A DNA stretch of 64,000 nt from Haliotis rubra (Eukaryota), in the NCBI RefSeq assembly GCF_003918875.1, contig NW_025766414.1, positions 434,001 to 498,000 on the forward strand, given 5' to 3'. The notes under the pieces are model-generated. The model ran no database searches and was not told where the DNA came from. It saw only the letters and a list, made by a program, of their open reading frames with translations. This document shows, piece after piece, positions 1 through 12,345 of this stretch; within the stretch, counting starts at the first letter, position 1, and every line of letters starts with the position of its first letter. Position numbers and translations under genes: made by a program.

Positions 1-1230
1 AAAGCAACTTAAAACTTTTAGATTCTGTCCACCACCAAGGTCTGAGACTTTTTCTTTGGTCATTCAGAACATCTCCCGTTGACAGTCTCTATGTTGAGGC
101 AGATGAGCCTTCTCTTACCCAACGCCGTATAAAATTATCATTACAATATATTACCAAACTATCTTCTAACGAGTCTAATCCTGCTTTTAATTGAATCTTT
201 AATCCTCTCTATGAGGATTTGTACAACAAAAAGTCTTCTCTTGTTCCGCCTCTTGGGCTAAGAATTCAACCCTTCATTTCTGCTGCCGGCATTGAGCTGC
301 CTCCTCCTTGGCAATTAGTGAGACCACAAGTTGACCTCACCCTGACAAAGTTTAAGAAAGCAGAAACTAATGAATTACAATATAAACAAGAATATAATCA
401 ATTAAAAATTAAATATAATACATACAAATCCTTATTTACAGATGGGTCCAAGGATGGCGGCGCGGTGGCATGTGCCACTGTCATTGGATCCCGAACCATA
501 TCTTCTCGACTACCAAATAACAGCTCTATTTTCACAGCAGAAGCTAACGCCATATTAACAGCTCTTAAATATATAAATAAACACCGTAAATATAAACAAT
601 ACATAATATTTTTCCGATTCTCTTTCGTGTCTTCAGGCTATTAAAAATCTTTCTTGTAAACGTCCACTTTTATTAGAAATTATTGAATTGTATAATGAGC
701 TTGGTACTGGCCAATGCGACATCGTCTTTTGTTGGTTACCCAGACACGTTGGCATTTCTGGGAACACAATGGCCGATCTTGCTGCTAAGGCAGCACTCAA
801 CAAATCTGTGACACCACTTCTGATCCCATACTCTGATTACAAAACTGCTATAAGATCTTATATCCGTGATCTGATGCAACAGAAGTGGGACAGCCAAGTA
901 GGTATCAATAAATTACATGCAATAAAACCAACTATCGGTTACACCTACTTGGGTTGTCAGTCCAGATTTGAAGAGATCATCATACGACGATGTCGTATTG
1001 GCCACACAAGATATACTCATGCATACCTATTGAAAGGTGAGGATCCTCCGTTTTGTATCCCTTGTGATGAGAGAACCATGGTCAAGCATGTCCTGCTTGA
1101 CTGTGTTGAATTCTCCATCATAAGAGATAGATAGTTTAATGTCAAAACAGTAAAGGACCTTTTTAGTAATGTTAATTATCATTTAATCATTGATTTTTTA
1201 AAAGAGATAGATCTGTTAAATGAATTTTGA
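1..1230 (+). pseudogene. Disrupted LINE ORF2, RT C-terminus + RNase H + Cys/His motif
   Basis: ORFs 219-644 and 688-1134 are frameshifted pieces of the same protein seen at 5579-6911 on the minus strand. Confidence 0.9.
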
Positions 1231-1470
1231 TACATGTTTTGTAAATAGATAAGGTTTTATAATTGGTAGTTTAGATTATCAACTTCGATTGTTAGTGGCT
1301 GTACCCTCAAAGGGGGTTGAAGTATTGTAAAATTATTGTCCTCCTTAGAGGACACATTTACGGTAAATTTAGGCTTGCCACTTTTTAATCGTAGAATATG
1401 TGTGCTTTTAATTTATGGCCAGATTTCTCTTCTGTCGCCAATGGCTGAAGGGATGGTGTAAATCCAACTA

Positions 1471-2250
1471 TAGTTTGGCATGAAATGCATGTGGACCCGG
1501 TTTTTTGTAAATATCTCTTCATCCAAGGAGGGAGCCAATGACCTGTAACAGCGGCAGTGTTGGGTCATAAAGGTAAATGCACGTGCAGTTCATGATAGTT
1601 ACCTGTGCACTGCACAGTGATAGACCGTTTGGATAATTCACATTGGCTACTTCTAGCTGTCATCATGAAAGCTTATTCAGATGATGCTAAACGTTAAATT
1701 AGAAATGTGTTGAATTTTTTTTAAAAAGAGAGCAAACGTAGCACACCGATTTATAAGGTGTCGGATTACATGAAACGTACAACTTTTGCTCTCGGCATGA
1801 AAAAGAACATAGTGCTAAAAATTGTGAAAAATAAACCAACAACCAATAAACAAAACCTTGTACAAAAAGGTAGGCATCCAAAGTTAGATTCTTTTGACAT
1901 CAGGGTCATCAGAGATGTCATTCGCCGGCTATTTGCTAGAAATGAACACCTCTTCATACCTGTCACATGCATAGCTGACCTACATTGACGAACGTTGACC
2001 TTTATGACCCAACACTGTCGCTGTTACAGGTCATTGGCTCCCTCCCTCTGCAAGCAGTTTGCGTTCTGCTGTTTATTTTGTTGACAGTTACATAGACAGA
2101 TTCTTTAATACAAATGCATAAAATCGGTGATTTACAATGTGATTAGGTTGTCTGACAAAACATCCACTTGCACAGTTTGAGATCGATTGGGTCATTGGAT
2201 GAAGAGATATTTACAAAAAACCGGGTCCACATGCATTTCATGCCAAACTA
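1471..2250 (+). mobile_element. Internally deleted Tc1/mariner-superfamily DNA transposon (780 bp) inserted in the LINE 3' UTR
   Basis: ~56-bp terminal inverted repeats (TAGTTTGGCATGAAATGCATGTGGACCCGG...), TA TSD at 1469-1470 and 2251-2252; empty site AATCCAAC-TA-GGGTCCATG present in the second LINE copy (~5341-5360, minus); internal transposase-like fragment GRHPKLDSFDIRVIRDVIRRLF. Confidence 0.88.
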
Positions 2251-3858
2251 TAGGGTCCATGCAGGTAGCAAAAGTAATGTAAGTCCCCATGGTCCCTGGC
2301 ATGGTGATCTACCTTCAGTTATTTGCGATTTATAGCCCATTTTTATACTGTATTGTTTTTCCCCCATAGTTAAAACGTTTTAGATTTAATTACTAGTTTT
2401 ACATACATATCTGTGATATTCTAGTTGTTTTACTGTCCTTCGTCGGCAGGTTTTTTATAATATACATATATTTCATTTCAATATCAAATGTTCTCGTCAC
2501 GCTATGGCTGAAATATTGCTGATGTAACGTTAAATATTAGCTCACTCACTCACTCACTTATTCAACGTGTCGACTGACATGACAAATAAAAAGTTGTGCG
2601 ACTCATTGCATGATTGTACTCTCACGCAGTGGATCTTTGCTGTCAAGAATATTAAATGTACTAGCGTGTGCTACCTGTATGACTCCCCTTTTCGTGAACA
2701 CATGGAGTCAACACCGGTTTAAATACACGTGTATATTTCACAGCTATTTAGCCCATGGCCTCTGAAGTTTTATATGTACATACTGCGTCGTGGTGATTTC
2801 CCCGGAAAATCTGCGTAAAACGATATCATTCACTGCCTCTTTTTTCCGGGAGATGAACATGCTACCGGAAGTAATCATTTATATCGCTGTTACAAGACCA
2901 TATGAGTCAGACGGATCCTCTACATCATGGAGACAGCTGCTAGAGGCTAATGTCAAAGTATCTTTGTCAGATCGATCATAGTTTATTGCCAGATGTCTGA
3001 TCCGCAGTAACAGCACCACCACATGAAAGAGAGGGTAATACAAATAATGCAATAAGGTGTACTTGGCCAATGAGACTTGATATATTAATACGCCCCCTTT
3101 GCCCGGTAGCGACGTGTTATATGCCATCTGTCGTTTTATGGATTAAATTCGCTTTATTCTTGAAGAACAACATGTTTTAAGTAATTAATTACGAACTGAG
3201 CACTTTAATGCTCACTTTTAATTGATGTCATAAAACGTCAGTAAAGCATATCTGTCATCAGTGACTATCAATTAACATCCCTGTTGCTAGAGCAAATATC
3301 GTCCTTTGATGATTCTCAAGAATATCTTGTCCAAAGTGATGCCGCAAGACAATTCCTGCATGTCTGGAGTGCCTCCTGATCATTACTCTTGATATGTGTA
3401 TTACACCGCCTTGACCTTTTACAACTATTCAACTTCTAGAAATGTTATCTGCACCAGGTAACGATGATGACCATGTGTTGGGCGAATCTTACAGTTTGCT
3501 AAATCTGCAATTCATCAAATTGTGAACACAGATTAGAGGAGCTTCCGTAACACATACATGTACTTCCTCAAGTAGAATTCGGAGCCTGAACGCTAGAGAA
3601 TATTCCGCGAAATGCTGCATTTTTCTAAGGTCAAATGGCGGTAAAAAGTATAATTATGAATAGATGATTGAAAATGAATGATAACTACACGGATTTCTTG
3701 CCCGAGTCGTAGCACCCGCTACACACAACAATTTGTATTGAACATTATTGTTTGTTGCCGGGCATACCACAACAGTGCTGTTGGCATACCACGGTGGCGT
3801 CTAAACAAAGCAGACAACAAAATGATGGCCCACAAATCCTGCTGCACGATAGCGTCAT

Positions 3859-3925
3859 TGAGTGAGTGAGTGAGTGAGTATTGCTTAACGCCGCATCAGC
3901 AATTTTACAGCTATTCGCAGCGATA
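3859..3925 (-). mobile_element. SINE 3' stub with (ACTC)n tail
   Basis: (GAGT)n followed by TTAACGCCGCATCAGCAATTTTACAGCTAT, matching the SINE 3' ends at 28263 and 54893. Confidence 0.6.
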
Positions 3926-5578
3926 GCCTCATTGATTAAAACGGGTAGAATTATTCGAATCTCGTTGATAAATATGGCGAAACACAAATTCAAAGATATA
4001 TGCTGAACAGGTAATTCATGTGACGTAGTATCTGTTGATTGCTTATAGGAAGTCGATCCTGAGTCATTACTACAGATCCTCACATTTAGCAGAATCGTCC
4101 CGAGGAAGGATATTAAGCTATGAATATTTAATGACAGTGTGTTCTCGATCTCATTGAAGTTATATATGAAGCTTGTTATACCCCAAGGCCTGGTTATATT
4201 TCGGAGGAAATTGTATTGTACAAATTTCATGTTTCATTATGCTTGTTAATCATCATATTCTTGCCTATAGAAATCATCTTTTCTGGAACTCTATTCGGTT
4301 ATATGACATGATATGAGAGCATTATTCCCATGGTGCATTGAAATATTTTTGTTTTATTACTCACAACAAATGATGAATCGTTCAAATAATGTTAGAGTTT
4401 AATTTGGAATATGTCTAGTATCCCAGGGGCTTCAGGTATGATAGAAGGAAACACAGGACTTCTGCTGGGCTTGCCGCTCCTTTCGGAAATATCACTTGTT
4501 AAAAGGTTACCATGTATGATGTTTTAAGAATAACATGACTTTATGACATCCACAAGAAGGTGAAACCCTGTTGTTTCCAGCAATGTTAAATCCACATTCA
4601 TTTTTACATTTCACAACTTTAAACCCCACGTGTGAATGACTGAAGAGACAATTGGCCCACCTTAATACGCTTCATGGAGACTCTTATCTATGTAATTATT
4701 CTTGAAATTAAAACATTAACATCTTACTTAAAATACTGTACATTAATCACAGTCACGCGATTATTGTGTACACTGAGCAAGTTGATAGTTAATGGAGTAA
4801 GACAGACATGGCATTGAGACTAGCAGCATTCCTCATTACTTCAAAATGTCTTTCAGCATCTTTGGATAATGAAAGATAAGCGTGTTAGAGTTCTGAATTA
4901 TTATTTCATCCGATTTGTTTATTCTAAAAGGAATAAATAATGGATAAATAATCGCAATGTGTGCATTTTAAGCCTCCACAGAGGAGTACAAGGAGAATCG
5001 CGATGGGCGTTCCACGAATGATACTGTCTGGTTATCATAGGTGATATAGTGAGTGAGTGAGTTAAAACTTAAAGTCACATCGGCACTATTGCAGCCATAT
5101 CGTGACAAGAACATTTTATATCAATATTCAAATCAATAAATGTATAAAGTAAAAACCTGTAATCGTAGGACAGTAAAACTACTAGAATATCACAGCTCTT
5201 AATTTAAAACTAGTACGCTATCATAAAAATATATCATGAGAGACAACAGTACAATATAAAAACAGGCTATAGATCACCAGCAACTGAAGGCTGATCACCA
5301 TACTAAGGACCATAGGGACTTACAGTACCCTTGCTACCTACATGGACCCTAGTTGGATTTACATCATCCCTTCAGCAGCCGGCGATTGTGGTCACATTCA
5401 GCCATAATTAAAATCACAAACATTCTACGCTTAAAATCCTGGTAAGTTTGAAGTTTTGGGACTTACATACCCTCTCAGTAGGACAATAATTTTACAATAC
5501 TTTAACCACCCTTGAGGGTACAGCCACTAACAATCTGAGTTATTTAGTTAAACTTCCCATCATAAAATATTTATCTAT

Positions 5579-7312
5579 TTACAAATCTGTTAACAAATCT
5601 AATTCTTTTAAAAATGCAATGATTAAATGAGGACTTATATTAGTTAAAAGATCCTTCATAGTTAGTGATTTGAAATAGATATCCCTTGTGATGGAATATT
5701 CAACACAGTCAAGCAGTACATGCTTGACCGTGATTCTTTCATCACAAGGGATACAAAACGGATGATCCTCACCTTTCAATAGGTACTCATGAGTATATCT
5801 TGTGTGGCCAAATCGACATCGTCGCATGATGACTTCTTCAAATCTGGACTGACAACACAAGTAGGTGTAACGAATGTAGGGTTTTATTTCATGTAATATA
5901 TTGATACCTACTTGGGTGTCCCACTTCTTCTGCATCAGATCACGGATATAAGATCTGATGACTTTATAAATCAGAGTATGGAATAAGAAGTGGAGTCACA
6001 GATTTGTTGAGTGCTGCTTTGGCAGCAAGATCGGCCATTGTGTTCCCAAAAATGCCAACATGGCTGGGTAACCAACAGATGACGATGTCGTATTGGTCAG
6101 TAGCAAAATCATTATACAATTCAATAATTTCTATTAAAAGTGGATGTTTGCAAGAAAGATTTTTAATAGCCTGAAGGCACGAAAGAGAGTCTGAAAAGAT
6201 TATATATTGTTTGTATTTGGGGTGTGTTTTAGTATATTTTAAGGCTGTTAGTATGGCGTTTGCTTCTGCTGTAAAAATAGAGCCGCTATTTGGTAGTCGA
6301 GAAGGTATTGTTTTGGATCCAATGATAGTGGCACAAGCAACAGCGCCATCATCCTTGGACCCATCTGTAAATAAGGATTTGTACGTATTATATTTACTTT
6401 TTAACTGATTAATTTCCTGTTTATATTGTAAGTCATTAGTTTCTGTTTTTTTAAACTGTGTCAGTGTTAGGTCAACGTCTGGCGTCACCAATTGCCAAGG
6501 AGGAGAAGAAAGAAGACGGGAAGGAGATATTGTTTCAAGATCAAAGCCAGCAGCAGAAATAAATGGTTTAATTCTGAGCCAAAAAAGGGAAGATTTCTTG
6601 TTGTATAAATCAGGGTTAGATTCGTTAGAATATAATTTTGTAATATGTTGTAATGATAATTTTATACGGCGTTGTGCAAGAGATGGTTCATCTGCCTCGA
6701 CATAGAGACTTTCAACAGGAGATGTTCTAAAGGATCCAAGACAAAGTCTTAGACCTTGGTGGTGGACAGAATCTAATAGTTTGAGGTTGCTGTTACAGGC
6801 TCCACCATATACAATAGAGCCATAGTCAAGCTTGGAGCGAACCAGTGATCTATATAGTTGAAGAAGGCTAGCTTGATCCCCTCCCCACTTTGAATTAGAA
6901 ACGATTTTCAATAAATCGAGTGCTTTCAGGCATTTAATACCTTAAGGATTTGATATGCGGAAGAAAAGTTAAAAGCGAGTCGAAATTAGACCCAGGATTT
7001 TGGCCTCTTTGACTGACTGACTGACTGACTGAGTTTGGTTTTACGCCGCTTTTAGCAATATTCCAGTAACATCACGGCGGCCTCTTTGACAACTTTGATA
7101 GGAGTGCCATTTAAAAACAGGTCTTGGTCTTTATGGGGTTTATATTTATTTTCTACAAAAGTGTATGCAATTAGTTTTTGATTTAGAAAATATAAAGCCG
7201 TTTTCAAGACACCATTTATTTATTTTGTTTAAACACAACTGTAGTACCCGTTCAATAGTATGCATATTCTTACCGCGACAAGAAATGTTAAAATCATCCA
7301 CAAAAAGTGATC
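5579..7312 (-). pseudogene. LINE ORF2 3' half: RT (SLFVDD) to RNase H and Cys/His motif
   Basis: SLFVDDFNISC, WGGDQASLLQLYRSLVRSKLDYGSIVYG, FTDGSKD, WLPSHVGIFGNTMAD, CIPCDERITVKHVLLDC; frameshifted. Confidence 0.92.
7014..7078 (-). mobile_element. 5'-truncated SINE stub inserted in LINE ORF2
   Basis: 12-bp TSD GGCCTCTTTGAC at 7002-7013 and 7079-7090; (CAGT)n tail; CCGCCGTGATGTTACTGGAATATTGCTAAAAGCGGCGTAAAAC matches the tRNA-SINE 3' end. Confidence 0.85.
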
Positions 7313-7324
7313 CGGGGTCGGGCG

Positions 7325-7456
7325 ATGGTGTCCCCATGCACAGATTTCCACAGGACCCCGCAGTTCGTGCTAAATGGGTTATGTTTGTGAGTGCGAAGCG
7401 AGCGTTGTGGAAGCCTGAAACGATATCTTACTTGTGTTCAGATCGCTTCACGGAAG
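7325..7456 (+). pseudogene. THAP zinc-finger domain fragment
   Basis: MHRFPQDPAVRAKWVMFVSAKRALWKPETISYLCSDRFTE resembles the THAP FP...W...W.P....CSxHF pattern (H changed to R). Confidence 0.75.
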
Positions 7457-7990
7457 TTAAAGAATCAAAACTACTTACTAGTTGTAGTAAAATATGCATA
7501 TGATTGATGACCATAAAGATTTTCTATGACACAACTTGTAACATAACGATTTCTTCCTCGGAAGTGAGGTTGTGGTCGAAGTAACAATAATATTGTAAGT
7601 AGTATTATATTGACACCCACCTCGCTGCCACGAGAGAAATTGTTATGATATACGATATGTCATGCACAATCCTATTGGTCATCAATAAAATACATATTTT
7701 ACTACCAGTAGAAAGTAGTTTTAATTTTGTAACTCGGTGAAAACAAACCTAAATACCATTAATCCTCAGACTGGCGGATGTTCCCGACAGGGCGCCGCCA
7801 TTTTTAAAAATAAAAAATCTGTTAGAATTAATGAGATTATAGTTTGTTTTCATCAAGTTAGAAAATCAAGACTACTTTCTACTCGTTGTTAAATATGTAT
7901 TGGAATCATAACCAAACGGATTTTGCATGACACAACTTATAACATAACGATTTCTTCCACGGAAGCGAGGTGGGGGTCGAAGTCACAATA
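7456..7990. repeat. Three ~140-bp diverged repeats in direct/inverted/direct arrangement
   Basis: 7456-7589 and 7842-7990 share ATGACACAACTT(G/A)TAACATAACGATTTCTTCC(T/A)CGGAAG(T/C)GAGGT...GGTCGAAGT(A/C)ACAATA; 7608-7749 is their diverged reverse complement. Confidence 0.8.
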
Positions 7991-9498
7991 CTGCGCGATA
8001 AATTTCTTGCTACATTCCCATGGTTAATGTCCACTCACCAGTATGTAGATACTAGTCAATGTGCGTCTTTATATTTGGTCTTATAATCATAATTAGTTTA
8101 TTATCACACTTGTATGCATTTTGAAACTAAATAAAAAGCTGACGATCTGCTGATACTTATAGTGAATTTATAACAGAACTGTAATATCTAGACATTTTAT
8201 AGTTTGCCAATGTGAATCATAATTCGCACACACACCCTAGTGCATGTTGTCTGTCTCATTACACTTCACGGCGAAAACAATGATTCTGTTGAATAAAAAC
8301 AAAATGCAAATATTAAAATTAAAACAGATTAAAGTTATAGGAACAATATCAGGCCATTACCTTGTTCGAGGAATGTATCCATCAATATCCACAAAACTGT
8401 TCCAAATGATGTGTCTTTTAACAGTTTAATATACGAAAAAGTGATAAATCTTTTCAGGTATTGGTGTATAGTCTCATTGGTCACCCAAGATAGCACACCT
8501 GGCAACTAATTGCATAATGTCCGCCTTTCTTTAAAACAGTAATTTAGTTAGCCAATAATGGGCAATCAATCAATGTATTGCCGGTTAATCCTTTGAAAGA
8601 AGGACGTTGTTTTACGCAGACACCGACACGACAGAGTGTATTCAGTATAGATTAGTAAATCTACATACATAAACACTACCTTTTGACAATTCCGCTGTGT
8701 AAGATAAAAGTAATTAATCAATCAGCGTGTTATCGGTTAATCCTTTGATCGATGTTTATAATGTTGAATATTTACTCCAGACACAAGAAATGCCAAATGG
8801 GAACCTTTGTCGGGTAATCTAAGTGTGTTACCACTAATTATACCTGTTATAAATTCATTAACTGACCATCAAGTGAATGATGACAAATAACATGTGTAGG
8901 TTTATACCACCTAACACGGGTTACAACAAGGGAGTATTAATTGCTGTATTGCATGTGAAAACTTATGGGCCGACACTGTTTTGAGAATACAAACAGATTT
9001 TTACATGACATGATTAAATATCGAGGTAAAACAACACAGAAATGGGATCAATTTGGATCAGTAATTATACAAATAGGGCCTAACGGCACCAATCGATTTT
9101 GACAGAATCGTCTATGAAAACAAGTTGTAACTCGGAAACTAGGCAAAGCAGGAGACAAAATTAAATGACAGTAGATTGTGAGAACATATAGCTTTCATTT
9201 TCCACAACAATTGTCACGATTTCAGGTTTATACAAGCCTGTAAACACGATAATTTACCCCCTAAAATGTAGTTGAATTCTGCATCGGCTCTCAAAGCTAT
9301 TCCTCATATGACGTCACAGAGGCGCGCCGCTCTGATTGGTTGAAATTTCGTTCGCGGGTGAGAATTGTGCACTGTTGTCAAAAAGGTCGATTTAAGTCAA
9401 TTAAAGGTCGAAATGAGTAGTTTTAATGACGGGGTTTCATTTATAACGATGCCAGTTAGTGATTTATGTATTTGTACCCCCTAGGGTTGATGTGACCT

Positions 9499-11245
9499 TT
9501 AAACCAAAATCATATGATTCCTTTAAAATGCCATGTTTCCAGGTGGTATCGTATGCTTTCTCGAGATCAATACTGCATTTTGTCGATACTGCATGTTGTT
9601 TATTTACTATAGCATTTTTGACAAAGGATTCTAAACGTACCAAATGATCAATGGTATTACGATATTTCCTGAAACTACATTGAATATTTGTTATCAGGTT
9701 ATTGGCTTCAAGCTACCATGTTAATCTATTGTTTACCATTCGTTCCATGGTTTTACAAACACAACTCGTTAAAGAGATAGGTCTGTAATTAGACGGATCA
9801 GAAGATCCCGGCCAGGTTTTGGAATAGGGACTACAATGGCATTACGCCACGAAGTTGGGAAATTCCCTGAAGTCCATATTGAATCAAAAATATTTAGAAG
9901 TGTTTCCAAACATGATTCCGGTAAATGCTTCAAGAGCTGAGTGTATGTTATCAGCTCCTTTTGCTGTATCATGAGCTTACTCAAGGGCGGTATTTAGCTC
10001 ATGTAGTGAAAATAGTTCATTATAATCTTCACCATTGTCTGAGTTAAATTTAATCTCTTCTTCTCCTGTTGTTTCTGAAACTTTTGAAACTCAGGGACAT
10101 AATTTGATGAAGATGAATGCTTTGCGAGAGTTCCACCAAGTTTATTGGCAGTGTCAGATTTATTAGTTAATAAATTATCACCATCCTTCAGATGGTGAAC
10201 GGTAGACTTGGAACCTTTGCCCTTTATCATTTGAATCGTGTTCCACACCTTTGACATAGGTGTGCGTGAATTTTTTTAGAAACATAATTTTGCCAAGACT
10301 GACGCTTATTTTGTTTAAAAGCACGTCTAGCCTTGGCATTTAAAACTTTGCCTAGATTATGGACAGTAGGATGTCGGCGAAAATACTTTACCGCTTTCTT
10401 CCTACACTTTCTGGCCTGTTTACATTCATTATTGAACCGTGGCTTACGAATGTGTGGAATTGCAGAGGACTTGGGTATAGTTTGGTCAGCAATGTTGTTC
10501 AGAATATCTGAAAATAATTGTATAGGATCTTCGCTGTTCGCAAAAATGTCATGTTTTAAGCGATCAGTACATAGTGTCTTATATAATGGCCAGTCAGCCC
10601 TGGCGAAGTTCCGTCGTGATATAGGTGGATCATCACCAGGGTTGATTGTTTTGAGAATGGTGGGGACGTGATCACTCCCACACAAGTCATCATGAACCAT
10701 CCATTGAAAATTCATTCTATAAGTTCGAATCGGTGAGTGACAGATCCAGGGAAGAATATGGTCCTGTAGCTGGATGTAGATAAGTGGCTGAATCATCATT
10801 GAAAATGCATAAATCATTATCGGAAAAGAATTGCTCAAGGATGTTACCTTTAGTATTAGTGTGGGTACTTCCCCAAAGGGGGTTATGGCCATTAAGATCT
10901 CCCATTATGACACAGGGCTTTGGAAGCTGGTCATAAAGTGCCTGGAGATCAGACTGTTGAAGAGAATACGACGGTGGAATGTACAAAGAACATAAAGTAA
11001 AAACAATGTTCAATGTAATACGTACCGCAACAGCCTGAAGAGGGGTATTAAAAGAAACAGGGCTGTGAATAACGCCCTGTCTGACCATAATAGTAGATCC
11101 GCCAGAAGCTTTTTCTCCTGGAGGAGAAAAGCAATGGTATGAATTATATTGTCTTCATTCAAATTTATCTGTGGTTTTAAGAAACGTCTCTTGCAAACAA
11201 AATGCTGTTGGTTTGGAATCTTGGACTAAAAGTTGAAGATCATTA
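9499..11245 (-). pseudogene. LINE ORF2 5' half: APE endonuclease and RT N-terminus
   Basis: CSLYIPP, IMGDLNGHNPLWGS, SSLDLSL, CGSDHVP (APE); FPTSWRNAIVVPIPKPG, DLEKAYDTTW (RT); many frameshifts. Confidence 0.9.
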
Positions 11246-11309
11246 TTCGGGGGAATGTCCACTACGCTGCAATGTTTGCATGTTTGCAGCGGCGGAGTGA
11301 CCTCCATAT

Positions 11310-11875
11310 CTAGAGGTTCAAAGGTATTATGAACCTCCAGAACGGTTGTCGAGGGTAAAGGGACCTCAATATGTTTGAGGGAACGTGCTTTTTTCCCCGA
11401 TGTTTTCCTTCTTTTGCGGTTAGATTTCTAAGTGATTTCTGTTCGGGCACACAGTCAGGTTCACTGGTAAATCCAGATACACATTCCTCTACAGGTTCAG
11501 TTTGTGACGCTGAAGAAACTGAAGAGTTGGTGTCTTTTGCATCAATCTCAGATAATGTTGTCTGATTGGTTGACACCCGGCTAATATATATTTGACAACC
11601 ACTATCACGTGTAAGAGGGGAAGAAGAGATTGCAGCAGAATAGGTTTGTGGCATGGAGGTTTTGACTGATGTGGTTTCCACCAATTTCTATGCATCTGAG
11701 AATGAAATATCATTTGTATGTTTTATTTTCAAAATTTGAGTCTGAGTAACAAAAGATGGACATGATTTCGAAGATGACATGTGACTGCCGCCGCAGTTAG
11801 CACATCTAATGGTAGCTGTGCACTCAGTGCTTTCATGTTGATTACTGCAGCGGGAGCAAACTTGCGTGTTACGAC
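11310..11875 (-). pseudogene. LINE ORF1 C-terminal part with gag-like zinc knuckles; N-terminus deleted
   Basis: Manual translation VCSRCSNQHESTEC...RCANCGGSHMSSSKSCPSF upstream of ORF 11310-11684. Confidence 0.8.
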
Positions 11876-12100
11876 ACTATGCACAGGGCCTGGCGTGACC
11901 AGCCGATTGATAGAACCGGGCCCATTCTACCTCCCGTCTAGGTGAAGTAAAGGTCAAAGTGGTGTGTTGGGCAAAGGAACACTATTCCTGGAACCAGTGC
12001 CCTCAACCACCAGACTACCGTCCTCCACCGACACAGGGGCGCAACCCACGGCAAATGGGTTGGTAGACCAAATATACCCCCGGGTCCACAACGGGGGGTT

Positions 12101-12157
12101 GAAGAGCGCTTAGCGTTACCCAGCACCCACCACAAAGAGGTGGCTCTTCACGGGGAC
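12101..12157 (-). ncRNA. Candidate HDV-like self-cleaving ribozyme at the LINE 5' terminus
   Basis: Minus strand GUCCCCGU-GAAGAGC-CAC-CUCUUU-GUG-GUGGGUGC-UGGGUAACG-CUAA-GC-GCUCUUC: P2 GAAGAGC/GCUCUUC, P3 CAC/GUG, weak P1, J4/2 CUAA; lies immediately inside the TSD. Confidence 0.5.
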
Positions 12158-12345
12158 CTCATAGGTGTTATAACACCCAACAGCAGGTGTCAGTGCCAAC
12201 TAAGTGTGTATCAGAAAATCTTCATGGTGTAAACCACAGAGAAAGCAGAACCCTTGATCAATTATGGGTCTTCATAGGCCACACAAATGAACAAGGGGAA
12301 GGGGGGGAATGGTGGGGGGCACTCTTTGGATGGGTTTTGCTAAGA

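Larger units (their letters stand above)
1..2558 (+). mobile_element. I/Nimb-type non-LTR retrotransposon, 3' part (runs off window start), with (ACTC)n tail; 3' UTR interrupted by a DNA transposon at 1471-2250
   Basis: RNase H motifs (LFTDGSKDGG, IFTAEANAI, FCWLPRHVGISGNTMADLAAK), C-terminal CIPC..H...C motif; 3' UTR homologous to the minus-strand copy at 5049-5580; ends ...AATATTGCTGATGTAACGTTAAATATTAG(CTCA)n. Confidence 0.92.
7313..9498. mobile_element. Kolobok-like (TTAA target, THAP-encoding) DNA transposon remnant inserted in the LINE RT; left end lost
   Basis: Right end ...GTTGATGTGACCT followed by TTAA (9499-9502), where the LINE RT (…YDFGLK) resumes; the AGG terminus with TTAA target fits Kolobok; THAP fragment at the left; no matching left TIR. 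Confidence 0.55.
5049..12158 (-). mobile_element. I/Nimb-type LINE with both termini, internally deleted, carrying nested insertions
   Basis: 14-bp TSD TCATAGGTG(A/T)TATA at 5035-5048 and 12159-12172; order on the minus strand is 5' UTR, ORF1 zinc knuckles, APE, RT, RNase H, 3' UTR, (ACTC)n. Confidence 0.93.

Noticed and set aside
3745-4230. 161-aa ORF
   Set aside because: No recognisable motif; it runs through a SINE tail microsatellite, so it is likely a chance ORF.
7165-7503. Host THAP gene or real 112-aa protein
   Set aside because: The ORF is a chimera of antisense LINE RT, a partial THAP lacking the N-terminal cysteines, and a repeat.
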